NCBI GenBank assembly: GCA_030770535.1
Contig: JASVEC010000014.1
Span: 62,001-126,000 of the forward strand
DNA length: 64,000 bases
DNA from: Batkoa obscura
Taxonomy: Eukaryota
Reading direction: 5' to 3'
The position numbers were made by a program, and so were the translations under genes. The notes under the pieces are model-generated. The model made no database searches, was not told the DNA's origin, and saw only the letters and a program-made list of their open reading frames with translations. Shown piece by piece: positions 11,574-24,301 of this stretch (positions are counted from its first letter, which is position 1; each line of letters begins with the position of its first letter).

Positions 11574-13925
11574 TCATTTTGAAATCTTGTCAAAATCAAC
11601 AGATATCAGCCTCCCTTTCTTAACGGTATAAAAATCACTAGCAACTGATTTTAAAAACCATTGGTCATGAGAAATAAGTACAACACCACCTTCAAATTGA
11701 TTAATTGCCATGATTAGGGCTTCGATGGTTTGAATATCTAAATGGTTCGTAACTTCATCAAGCAATAAAAGATGAGGACCTTCAAGTAAAATGTCTACCA
11801 AAGCAAACCTAACTTTTTGTCCTCCACTTAACTTAGCAATCGGAGCAACAGCCACTTTTCCTCCAAGACCATATGAGCCTAACCAAGTTCTAGCTTCTGA
11901 TTCAATTAAACCTGGATGGTTTTCCATTAAAAGGGATACTGCAGTTACTGTATCTGGTTGTTCGGAAAGTGATTCTACTTGATGTTGCGAAAAATAGCCA
12001 ACTTGTGCAGCCGAATGATGTTCCACTTTACCTTTTGATGGCTTAAGTTCGCCTTGGATTAAACCCATTACGGTTGATTTGCCAGATCCATTAGTGCCAA
12101 ACAAGGCAATTCTAGAATGAAGTTCAACGTTAAGGGTCATATTCTCAACAATAAAAGGTGATTTGGCATCGTATTTATACGATACATTATCTAGTTTCAC
12201 TAATGCTCCTGAATTACGCAATGGATCTGGATCTGGTATTGACAATGTCACTGTCTCTTCTGGTTTATCAAGTACAACTTGAGGTTTATAGTCAATATGA
12301 TATCCAGGGCGATTAGATTGTTTAAATCTTTTACCATCTTCTGTTTTGAGCATCCCCATCTTTTCTAATCTTATTTTACGAGAGGCAACCATTCCTAAAC
12401 GTTTATCATCACCAGAAGACTTTGCATGAGCAACTGCTTTTTGAATTGAAGCTTCCATATGCTTTTTCCTTTTTTCAATTGAGGCATGCATCCTTTCTTT
12501 CTTTTTACGTAAGTCTTCCGTTGCTTCTTCATATGAATCATAATTTCCTTTATAGTAAGTAAGCTTTTGATCTCTAAGTTTAATAATTTCTTGTGCGACC
12601 GCATTTAAAAAGGAACGGTCGTGTGAAATTACAACTACACTTGAATCTGGATTGAACTCTTCAACCAAATAAGCTTTTAACCAATTAATTGCTGGTAAAT
12701 CTAAATGATTGGTAGGTTCATCCAGAAGTAAAACATCTGGTTCAAAAAACAATGCTTTAGCCAATGCAACTCTCATACGCCATCCACCTGATAAGGAAGA
12801 TAGTGGACCTATTATCATTTTTTCACTAAATCCCAAACCTTTAAGAATGACTTGTGCTTTTGCTTTTGAAGACTCAATATCAATTAAAGAAAGCTTTCCA
12901 AATACCTCAGATATGATACCATTAATGACATCACTAGTTATTTTTGATCTGAGTTCATCAATATGACCTGAAGATAATAAATCAACGCTCTTTTTATATT
13001 CTTTTTCTGCAGCTAGTGCAGCAAATCTCGCATCTTTACCTCTCATACCGCTTCTATGTGTAGCTATCTTTTGTAAAGCAATCATATTGTCATAAGCCCT
13101 ATCCGAGAGTAACTTTCCGATTGTTTGAAGGACTTGTGTATTTATCTCAGATTCATTAAACAAACTGTTTGATTTCCCACCCATGTTATTTAAAACTATA
13201 TATAAAATTAGTTGGTTGAAATAAAAGTCCAAAATTTTTTACTCTCAGCTTCTTTTAAAATACGAACAGCTTCTTTATCTGCTTCCAATACAGCATCAAT
13301 AACCGTAGTAGTAATACCGCTGTCAAACTCTTGTTGAATGGCTAAAATTCGAAGATTTGTAGGTAATCCGATTAAGGTATCTTCACTTAAAACCTTGAAC
13401 AAAGTTGATTTGCCGACCCCATTGCGGCCAATCATACCATATCTTACGCCCCCTTTAATTAAAAGTTTGGCGTCAACTAAAATTTCTTTATCATTGATGG
13501 TAATATTCACATCTTTTAAATCAATCTAATCATTTAATTAGCAAGAATAAAATTGAGTTTATTATGACTAGCTACCTCTTTAGCCAAAGTTTCAATAGTT
13601 GCTGAGTGAAATCTAGAAACCTGAGATGTCGCCACAATTTTTGGTTCGTTTGCTTCGCCCTCAATATTTAACTGAGCTAATTTATTTTTTATAGAATCAA
13701 CATCTTTGGTATCTGATTCGGACTGAGAACCACTGTCTTTTAGTTCTTTAGCTTCTTTTCGGAGTCTTGCTCGCTCTTTCAACTTTGAGCTTCCTTTTTC
13801 TTTCTCCTTTTTCTTATCAGCTAATGGCAGCATGCTGGCTTTTTGCCACAAAGGCTAATAAATCATATCATTAATACTTGATATAGACATATTTTCATTC
13901 AAATTACTTGATATTCACTTGGCAT
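11574..13925 (-). CDS. ABC-F family ATPase (ABCF3/GCN20-like), 4 exons
   Basis: Two NBDs: GRNGVGKST / LSGGWRMR / LLLDEPTNHLD and GTNGSGKST / LSGGQKVR / LDEVTNHLD. No TM domains. First exon encodes MPSEYQ. Confidence 0.9.
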
Positions 13926-14017
13926 GACTATTTTTATTAAATTTTTATTTTTTAATACTGACTGACTCCGTAATTCATTTTTTTATTTATACTCAAATTG
14001 AAACTAAAAAGCTTAAA

Positions 14018-14060
14018 CTGCGTAGATCAAATGATGCTGCGTAGATCAAATGATGCTGCG
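14018..14060. repeat. 19-bp tandem duplication (ctgcgtagatcaaatgatg x2.3) in a divergent promoter
   Basis: Direct inspection. Confidence 0.85.
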
Positions 14061-14274
14061 AAAGGTTAAAATGCATTTGTTAAAGAATAGGTACTAAATC
14101 ATAAATTCTATTATTAGTTTATTGTAAAGTCATTAAGCTATTACTACTGTCGATAACATTTGATAAGTCATTTAACAAACTATTGTTTATCATTATTATC
14201 ATTTTGATTTATTGTTAAGTTATGACATTTTTCAAGGTGAGTTAAAAATGAGAATGCTGTTTAAAAACTATGAT

Positions 14275-14373
14275 TTGAAAGTGTTTTTTAGTTTCATTTG
14301 TTTTTCTACTTTCAAGCGCAGCCAAGTAGAAAACTTATCATTAAAAATCTTAAACAAAAAAGACTTTCACATT
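14275..14373 (-). mobile_element. MITE copy (highly diverged)
   Basis: gtgttttttagtttcat...aagcgc...aaaaatcttaaacaaaaaa. Confidence 0.5.
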
Positions 14374-14546
14374 TAAAGATTTAATTCAGTTTTGTTCTTT
14401 AGAAAATGAATAAAATACTGGAACAAAAAATATCTATAAAATGATACATTTATAAAAGTTAAGAGCTATAAACCAAAAATGACGTAAAGTTTTGAATATT
14501 AAAATACAAAATTTCAATAAAATTGGCTTTACTTAACAATAATTAA

Positions 14547-15826
14547 ATGGATTTAGATCAACCCGTTAAAGAGACATGTAAAGACGCCTTAAGCAGCAGA
14601 TGGTATGAATATTGAATAAGACACACTATACTGAACTCACAATTTAATTAGGTCGGCAGTTAAAAAGGGATATTTAAAGGATGAATATATCAAATACCTT
14701 TATATTGAACCAACAGAAATTAAACCACCAATGATAAATCGAGGTAGTTAGGATAATTAGTTTATGGAAGTAATTGCTGATAATTAATAATAAAGGAACG
14801 TTTATAAGGTCTTTTACCATCGATCATATTGTTTTAGAAGAAGCAAGTAAATGTAAGCAAAGTAATCAAGAATTACAAATACTTAGTTTAGGAGCTGGAA
14901 TGGATACACGATATTTTTATATAAAGGTAGAGGCTATAGCACTAGATGATTAAATATATAAGGCTCTTATTATTTTTTAGGAAGAATTTGATAAGTTGGA
15001 AATTAACTTTAAATATTTCGAAGTCGATTTTGAGGATATTACAGTTAGTAAAATCAATAAGGTTTGTAAAAATGAAGATTTGAAAAAGCAGTTAAATGGG
15101 GAAATTATACTAAGTAATGTTTAATATAATCAACTAATATATATATTTATATTCAAATTGAAGGCCATAATAAGAATAATTTAAGTAGTGATAATTATGT
15201 TATTATATCTGGAGATTTAAGAAAATTTAAAGAAGAGATTTACCCAAACTTATTGAAATACAACTTTAACAAAAAGTAATTTTAATTATATATTAATTTT
15301 AATTTACTAATATGCCTAGTCTACCTACTCTTATCTTAGCTGAATGCGTTCTTGTTTATGTTGAACCTGAATTAGTGGATAACATGTTTCGATATTTATT
15401 AAGTGAATTGAACCAAATAACTCTATTAAGCTATGAGCCTAGTTTGGATAAAGACCCATTCTCACAAATGATGGTTAACAATTTAAATGTAATTTTTTAT
15501 CAAATAATATAAATGACTTTAGTAATTTTAATGATGACATATAGCGTAGAGGAATAAAATTAAAAGGGACCCAACTCTATTCTAATCTAAGAAGCCAAAA
15601 AAATAGATATCTCAGCTTAGGATTTTTAAGTGTATCATTTAGTACTGTATGGAATATTGAAAGAAATTTATTAAATGAACAAGTTTTAGAGCATTTAAAT
15701 AAGATTGAAAGATTGGATGAGGTGGAAGAATGGATGTTGTTAGCGGAGCATTATGGTTTCCTATTAGCTACTAAACAAGAGAAAGGAGACGATTTGTTAT
15801 CAAAAATAAAAGAAAAAAGTGTTTAA
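14547..15826 (+). CDS. PPM1: Leucine carboxyl methyltransferase (PP2A methyltransferase), multi-exon
   Basis: Motifs PPMINRGT, QILSLGAGMDTRYF, YFEVDF, PTLILAECVLVY, DPFSQMMVNNL, LDEVEEW..LAEHY. Confidence 0.9.
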
Positions 15827-15828
15827 TT

Positions 15829-17503
15829 TTATTTAAATGATTCTCTGTTCTGTTCTAATAATCCTTTTAATGGGGGTCCTACATTGTTCAAATCAATTAA
15901 GAAAGTATCATGACCATACTCAGCATCTAATTCGAAATAATGGACGTGCTTGGAGTGCTTTTTTAATTTTGAAGCTATCTCTTTTTGTTGCCAGCTTGGA
16001 AACAAGATATCTGATTGTACTCCTAAAACTAAGATAGGTTTATCAGCTATTATTTTTAAGCCTAATTCTAAATCATTGTCTTGAGTTATTGCCATACGCT
16101 TAAATTCTTCACTTAAATGTTGCTTTGTTACATTCAGTTTTTTTAAATTGCTTAAGCTCAAATCAAACATATCCATTGCTTTACTGATATATAATAAGGA
16201 ATTAGCATCATAATTTAAACAAAATTTCTCTCCCTATAAAAAATTACTATATTAATAGCTGAATTAATATCAAATCATTCTTACTTGATGGTCTAAATAA
16301 GTTTCGATTAAAAAATCGGGACATAAGGCCGGTGGCACACTTTCATCTTGTCTTTGCAATCCAAATCTTTTTTCCCATTCTGGACCAGAGCGGTAGCTAA
16401 CTTGTTAGATTATAGTTATTATAGTAAGTTAAAAAAAACTTACGTAATTGTAGCTATTTCTCTAGCTAACTTCATCCCTACATGGGGCGGTGCTTTACCA
16501 TAATAATCTCCCTTATTGTAATTTGGGTCCGTCATTAATACTAGTTAAACTATCAGATTAAGTTAATAAAATAGACTGATTGAACTACCTTGTCTTTGTA
16601 CATGCCTTAAAGCTATTGAATAAGGGTGTGACTTTGCACAAGACGAAATAGATACAATTCTATTTACCCTATCTCTAAACAGTATAGCAGCAGCTAAAGA
16701 CTAACAAAAAATATTAATAAAATATTAATAAAATACTATCGAAATCCTTACTTGCATCCCACCCATACTCGAGCCTATAGAAGCATGTAATCTTTGAATA
16801 CCTAAATGGTCCAATAATTTAAACTGAGCCCGTACCATGTCAAATATAGTTAATATAGGGAACTTTGAACCATATTTTTTATTCTGAGTGTTATTTTCAA
16901 TCGTATCATCAATACTCGATGGGCCTGTTGAGCCATAGCACCCACCTAATACATTAGTACATACAACAAAAAATTTATTGGTATCAATGGATAGACCAGG
17001 TCCTAATTAAATACTGTTAAAAAATTACTCTGACTATTTCCTTTTATTTACCTATAAATTTTTCCCACCATCCAGGATTTAAGTTGTTTTCGTGAGATTT
17101 AGCATGGGACGACCCGGATAACCCAGTATGTATTAATATAGCGTTATCTTTGTTTTCATTTAGTTGACCCCACGTTTCATAAGCTAGCTGAAACCTGGGT
17201 AAAGTACCATAATCCATTTCAAATTGGTTTTCATATTTAAATAGCTTATACCCGCTAACTACTTTATCATACTCTGGCTCGGGCCCGTTATTAAAAGAGC
17301 GATTTCTTTCTTCTAACTTATCAATACAAGGGAATTCCATACACTTCAATGCTATTTCCCCCAACTTTGAGCTGGTGCAAAAAGCTAGAGTCAGATAATT
17401 AGTTAAGCAATTTTTATAATAAGTTAATTAATGTACTGTGATTGCCTATTAATTTATGTGCTGGAAGCACTTTGAATTTTGCTAAAATAATTCTTGAAAA
17501 CAT
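15829..17503 (-). CDS. cys2: Homoserine O-acetyltransferase-family enzyme of the serine O-succinyltransferase (Cys2/CysA) subtype, probably mitochondrial
   Basis: [15 protein letters not shown] (Cys2-type rather than Met2 CHALTG), [25 protein letters not shown], and a basic N-terminal presequence [11 protein letters not shown]. Confidence 0.8.
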
Positions 17504-19932
17504 CTTTATTGAAATATAATAGCTATTATCAACTTTAAATACTTTTTTAAAAGCTTTCCATTTCAAGAATATTTCATCATCTTTTTGTTAAAATACGCGA
17601 TTTTGTTTTATATCAAAATCAATTCAACTAGCATTGAGTTTGTTACTAAAATTCACTTTGTTTATTAATCAAAAAATTAAGGGCCTATTATATTATATTT
17701 AGTAGCTTATTAAAATGATTCAAAAGTATCTTTGAAACATAATTATCGATACTAACAATATGTTTTCATATTAAACAATGAAATCGATTTTGATTTTATA
17801 TATTATAGTTATTAACTTTAATATCAATAAATGAGTTATATTATATCAAACCACAATAACAATTATGGATACAAGTTAAAGGAATATGTTTTATGATTAT
17901 ATAAAATTCAATATAAAGTCTTGAGATAAAAAACAAAAAACAATAAATAAAAAATAATAAATAAATAATAAATAATAAAAAATGAGAAAAATGAATCACA
18001 GTAGAAGAGTCAATATAGGAGATCTCAGGTAAATTTAATAGATTACAACTACAAAATGAAACATGTTATTTTATTTCAGTAAAGCGTTACACATATTATG
18101 GCTATAAAAATAGGGCTAGATCCCCAACCAAGCGGTTGATTCCTATAAAAAATCCAGCCAATACTTTTATTAGGTTTATGATATACTTTTATATCATACT
18201 AGATTCTTCTAAGCCATACAAATAAAACTTAATAATGTTCAAAAATTATATCGAAGGCTTTAAGTTTGCTAGTCATGCTAAGCACTTTATGTAATACCAA
18301 ATACCTAAACGAGTAACTAAGTTAATAGCTTTCAATAGAATAAGCAGTGGTCCCAACTTATTTTTATATCTTGGTCAATTGATGTTTAAATCACTAAATG
18401 TTCTTACTGTTACCTTCAACCCATCTGTCGTCAATTACAATACTAAAAAGGCAATTTAACAAAAAACACTAATCTTATTTAAGGTGAGAAACCAAGGCCA
18501 ATACTTAATAGCCTTTTGATTATAAAAAAGTCTAAGGTGTAGAATAATTTAATAACTGCTTTTTAGTTGTCATATATCTCTACGCAATACATGTCAATTC
18601 TTTCACAACTTAACTCGATCTTTGATTTTTATATAGTTAGATTGATTTAAAGGAACCTAAAGAGTATTGGTGTTTAATAAATGACCTTTTCATATTTGAT
18701 GTTTTACCTTTACACAAAAGAATGATAAAATTATTAACTTACATTTCTTAAAAATAATCAAAGTCACCAACTTTATCATTAAACTGTATTTTTATTTCAT
18801 TTTCATTAGCGATAGTAAATAATAGTTTTAATATTCTATATTTAAAACTATAGAAGGCATAAATATTAGGAGAACTAGTAGCCAAAAAGGTAGAAAAAAA
18901 AGGCTAGCTGAAAGTCAATATGACTAAATCGAGTACTTATACGGTTACAAAATATAAAAATAAGGGGAAATAGCTAGTTATTGAATAAATATTACCATAA
19001 GTCATTTTGTTCATTTGATTGTGGCCAGCTCCTCAAAATAATAGCTTCAAGCTTAATTAATAGTAAATTATGGATGAAAAACACATTAATTTAATTGATA
19101 AATCGAATTGATTAAGCACATACAAAGTAATCTTAGTACAGTTAATAAAATTATAACATACATACAGCCTCTATTGAAACTTTTTTATGTACTGAGGAAA
19201 GAAAAGGCTATAACACTAATGTTATAAAAATAAAAATACATGCTATGTTATTCCAGTTTATTCAATATCTTAAACAACAATTAATACAAATCAATTATAT
19301 CTAATAAAATAAGGCAATTAATGTTTATGTAACCTTGAAAAACATTAAAAAGGAAGGAGCTATAAAATTAAAAGTCGAATGCTATATACCAGCCTTTGAT
19401 TCTTTTAAAGGAATGGCGATCTATGCGTTTTATATATTTTCAATATTTTCTATGACAACATTAGTTAAAATACCCTACTAATTTTTTTTGCTCTAGAAAT
19501 CAAAAATAAAAGGGGTGTTGTTTCATTGGGCATTATTGGGTTGCTGGAATACCTATTTAGTATTGGCTATACTTTTAGGATTGCGTATGGAGTCATCGCT
19601 AAAAAAACATCATTGAAGATGCTACTGCTTGTTAAACTATTGGATTTATCAATTTTAAGGTTTATTTCTCAAAGTTTAGCTTAGGCACCTTCTTAGCTTT
19701 AGATATATATGCTTTTATTATCAGACCTAAGTTAAGAAATTATATGCCTCTACTTTTACTTATGAATTGTTTTTTGTTATGAGTTTATTGCTCGCTAGTT
19801 CAGGGCTAAAGTATATGATTCCAGGCGATTCAAAAATAACATGTTTATTAGTAGTGCCATATTTCACTTTATCTAATGTAGCTTTTATTTGTAGTACTAC
19901 AAGTTCAATTGAGCCTTTAATTGTATCTACAA

Positions 19933-20037
19933 TATGGGGATGTATTTTTACGTTTAAGAATTTTACTAATAAATTTTCCGCTCAAATAGCGCTTAAAAGG
20001 TGGAAAAAGTAATGAAATGAAAAAAATCATCCCCATA
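19933..20037 (+). mobile_element. MITE copy
   Basis: tatggggatgtattttt ... aaaaaatcatccccata. Confidence 0.9.
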
Positions 20038-20114
20038 TACTCTTTCAAATTAATAGATAAAGTAAATCAAGCTTTTTGATTAGTTGAGCAAGAAGAGTTG
20101 AGCGGACAGGAAGA

Positions 20115-20217
20115 TATGAGGATGTTTTTTTGACTTTATTACTTTTCCATCCTTTAAGCGCTATTTAAGTGGAAAAATTGTTAGTAAAGCTCTTAAATAC
20201 AAAAATACATCCCCGTA
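20115..20217 (-). mobile_element. MITE copy
   Basis: tatgaggatgtttt ... aaaaatacatccccgta. Confidence 0.9.
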
Positions 20218-20289
20218 TAGTGGTTCTTAATACCTATAGATCAGCGAAAATCAAGCTATATTGTGGATTAATCATGCATTCAGTATCTA

Positions 20290-20394
20290 TATGGGGGTAT
20301 TTTTTTTGGCTTCATTGTTTTTTCCGTTTTTTAGGCCCCATTTGAGCGGAAAAATTGTTAGGAAATTTATTAAATACAACAATACATCCCTATG
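20290..20394 (-). mobile_element. MITE copy
   Basis: tatgggggtatttt ... aatacatccctatg. Confidence 0.85.
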
Positions 20395-20525
20395 TTCTTA
20401 GCATTTCTACTTCAGTTCGCTGAAGCTATCTACAAACTAATTTATAAGCCAGTAGATTATATAGCTGAAGCATTTTCCTCTATGGTTTTAGTCTTTCTCT
20501 CCATTGGTATTTTAAGTAATAACAT

Positions 20526-20928
20526 TGTGAAATATCGCTTTGTCAGTCCCATGGTTAATTATTTTGATTTGTTATGAGAATTTCTAGTTCCACCCAAAAG
20601 AATATTATCTTCTCATTTTGATACTTATACTTTTCAGAGTATAAAAGAGATTCTAAAACATAATAGTTCGAGGCTTTTTAACTGAATTAATCCCTGATAT
20701 CTCGAACATTTAATAAAGCCACTAAGTTTTCTTAATAGTATTTTACATAGATTTTACATTAGTATTGTCTATTCTATTTGTCTTATATAGCTTGTAACCT
20801 ATTACGTGCTATTCCTCATAACCCAAGTCTATCTTAGTCACATAAACTAAGACCTTTCGACTTATAGTGTAGTCAACCTAGCAATAGCAGCTGTTCTTGA
20901 CTCCAAACCCTGAGTACCAGATTTCACA
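20526..20928 (+). mobile_element. Solo LTR (403 bp)
   Basis: Inverted termini TGTGAAAT...ATTTCACA, 4-bp TSD ACAT on both sides, internal TATAAAA (~20640) and AATAAA (~20712), second copy at 1-151. Confidence 0.85.
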
Positions 20929-21003
20929 ACATTTTGCTTTTTTCGACTTATACCTCAATTAATAAAGAAGTGTAGTTATTTTCATGAAATCTAAAAGATA
21001 AAA

Positions 21004-21102
21004 TATAGGGGACTTTTTTTAAAGAATTTTAGTAACAATCTTCTCACTTAAATAGCGCTTTAAAAAAAATGGAAAAAGTAATGGAAAAAAACATCCCCCA
21101 TA
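21004..21102 (+). mobile_element. MITE copy
   Basis: tataggggac...aatagcgctt...aacatcccccata. Confidence 0.85.
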
Positions 21103-21215
21103 TGTTGTTTTATAGTAAGATGTTTAAATAAAATACAATAAATCTATTTTACTGATTTTAATACTTTAAATAAATTCAATTATATGGTAGATCTTATAGT
21201 AAAAGGTTTTTGATA

Positions 21216-21319
21216 TATGGGGATGTATTTTTGTATTTAAGAATTTTACTGACAATTTTTCCACTTAAATAGCGCTTAAAAAATGGAAAAATAATGAAAC
21301 TAAAAAAAACAGCCCCATA
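21216..21319 (+). mobile_element. MITE copy
   Basis: tatggggatgtattttt...aaaaaaacagccccata. Confidence 0.9.
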
Positions 21320-22024
21320 TGATGATTTTGATTAAATAAAATAACTTTTGATCAGTATGAAAACCATATATTTGCATTTATAGCATTCATACTATTTATT
21401 AGATGGGTGCATTTATAAATGGAACATTTTTTGGAAAAACCTATTAGGAAGTATCCAATTGCAATAATAAAAATTTCTTTTCTAAAAACTATTTAGATAA
21501 ATTGTAACCAGAAAAGTTTAAAAAATCCAGAAATGGAAACTACTGTTATGGCTCGGTACCTTACCGTTTTCTTTTTAAAGAAATTGATATTGTTTATAAG
21601 TACGCCTGATATATCAATTGTTAAATCTTGAAGTACAAGCTGATTCGCTCTATTCCATATAGGATAAAAATAATAAGTACTTAGTGAACGGCTTTATGAT
21701 TTACTTTGACGAAGGCCATCTAGTTGTAATAAAACAACTATTATATTCAATAAAGTTTTTATTCTGAACATGTTATTTTACATTGTTATCAAAGTGACTA
21801 TAAAAGTATATAATATATACCAAAATATCAAACAATAACTACACTTTATTATAATAGTACCAAGATTCATATGTTATTTATTTCAATTAACTTAGAATAA
21901 TTTAAGCTCTAACTATTAAGTATAATGTGTAATGTCAGACACTTTAAGTATAAAAAAGATGGCTTTAAAATATATATCTAACTAATAAAAATTAATAAGT
22001 TTATTCTACAGCTCACATTCTAGT

Positions 22025-23413
22025 TTACTGCTTAGCATTCTTGTAAAGGACATCACGAGCAACCTTAGCAATAATATCGCCTGTAGGTAAGGCAAGTTCT
22101 TCTAAGTTTTGAGCATATGGCATAGGTACATCAGCACCAGTTACACGTGTAACTGGTGCATCTAAATGATCAAAAGCATCTGATTCCATAACTTGAGCAG
22201 CAATTTCACTACCTACACCAAACATTGGCCATCCACCTTCAACAGTAATTAAACGGTTGGTCTTTTTAACTGAGGCAGTAATTGTATCGATGTCTAATGG
22301 ACGAATAGAACGAAGATTAATAATCTATATACATATAAAGTTAAATGTTGTATATTAGTACTATAACTATGTTACTTCAGCTTTGATTCCTTCTTTTTCA
22401 AGCTTTTCAGCGGCTTCAAGGGATTGGCCAACACAACGAGAGTGAGCAACGATCGTAACATCGTTACCTTTAATTAATTAATATTTTAGCAAATGTTTCT
22501 TTCAAGCGATTACCTTCTTTTTCAATTTTAGCTTTACCGATTGGCAAAACAAAATCAGAGCTCATAGCTTCTTCAGACATTGGGAAAGAAACACCATACA
22601 TAAGTTCGTTTTCAAGGAATACTACTGGGTTAGGATCACGAATAGCTGCCTATTTTATAGTTTAACAAATTATCTACTAGTTTTCAAAAATAAGCTATAC
22701 CTTTAAAAGACCCTTGGCATCTTCAGCAGAGTAAGGGGAAACAACTTTTAAACCTGGTACAGACCCATACCAAGCTGCAAAGCATTGTGAATGTTGAGCA
22801 CCAACACCTGCTGCAGCACCGTTAGGGCCTCGGAAAACAATTGGGCATTGTACAATACCACCAGACATATAATAAGTTTTTCCGGCAGAATTTACAACAT
22901 GATCAATAGCCTATTTATTAATATGTTGGTTTGATTTATTTATACATTCTAAAAATAATTTATACCTGCATACTGAAATTGAAAGTCATGAACTCGCAAA
23001 CTGGTTTTAAACCATAAAGAGCAGCACCAACAGCTAAACCTGCAAAACCCATTTCGGTAATAGGAGTATCAATTACACGTTTTGGGCCGAATTTGTCTAA
23101 AAGACCTTTGGAAACCTAAAAACTCTTAGTGTATAAAAAAAACGGTGACAATAAATTTACTTTGTAAGCACCATTGTATTGAGCTACTTCTTCACCCAAA
23201 AGGAAAACTTTTTCATCTTTGATCATCTCTTCTTCTAAGGCAGCGTTCAAGGCATCACGTACTGTCATCTATATTCAAAGTTAAATTATGCAATCTTATT
23301 AAATCTAATCATTGTTTTACAGTATGTCCGGAACTAGCCTTTAAAGAAGTTGAAAAAGCATGACGTTGAAGTTTACTGCTTAATTTGAAGGAGGCGCGAA
23401 GAGATCTAATCAT
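22025..23413 (-). CDS. PDB1: Pyruvate dehydrogenase E1 beta subunit, mitochondrial (multi-exon)
   Basis: Presequence MIRSLRASF. Motifs [59 protein letters not shown]. Confidence 0.97.
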
Positions 23414-24196
23414 GATTTTCAGAATGTAACAAACAAGTCCAGATAATTTTGAATGGTTCACTATTGATTTCGTGCTAGTTTTCGAGCTTACTTTCAAGCA
23501 TGGGATTCGTTCACATTATCCAATCAAATTTAGTAATTTTGGATCATATTGTTATCTAGCAATTGTTATCATTTTAATTTATCCCTTAACTTTATTTTCC
23601 CACGCTTAAAGTTTTCTACTTAAGAAGTGTTATATAATGTAATAAAGTATAAATCATATAAAACTGATGAATCTTTTTTTTAAACATATTTCACAAACTT
23701 CACTATTCTCTTTCGTTTAATTTAAAAATATACAATCAATTCATAATGTTTTTGAAATTCTTTTAGTTTGAGAAATTTTTCAAAGCTAATTTTAAAAATA
23801 AGATTTTAAGTCTGATATTTGATTTTAATTTTCCCAGGTTTTAAATGTATAATTATTTAATTGAATTTTTGCATTATTACTGTGTAAAATATGATATTAT
23901 TATATATTAACTAATGGTAATTGTACTACAATAAGCCGACAATAAACTATTTTAACTTGTATTTTTGATATAATTCATTTTACACAAGTTTCCAATTTAT
24001 AAATGTCTATTGAAAGTAAATAATATAATTCAGAATAAATTATCATCTATTTAAAATTGTTAAATATATATTTATCAATACAATATTTTTTGTACATTTT
24101 TATAAAAGTATGTCAATTTGAAAATAAAATTTTTATATAGTATGGCTTGATCTAAATCATTAATTTAATACGTACATTACTGTATAACAAGCAATA

Positions 24197-24301
24197 AATG
24201 GAGATGTATTTTCGATTTAAAAATTTTGGTAACAATTTTTTCACTCAAGCAATATTTAAGAGATGGAAAAAGTGATGAAGCTAAAAAAACTTTCCCAGAT
24301 A
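24197..24301 (+). mobile_element. MITE copy (diverged)
   Basis: atggagatgtatttt...atggaaaaagtgatgaagctaaaaaaac. Confidence 0.7.

Noticed and set aside
15829..17503. Annotation as MET2
   Set aside because: The HTGLS motif and presequence fit the Cys2 serine O-succinyltransferase clade better.
19767..20577. ORFs 19767-20012 and 20392-20577
   Set aside because: They span MITE/LTR junctions, lack motifs and are likely chance frames.
19933..21319. Clustered repeats as a CRISPR-like array
   Set aside because: Units are ~103 bp, in mixed orientation and irregularly spaced, in a eukaryotic context with no cas genes.
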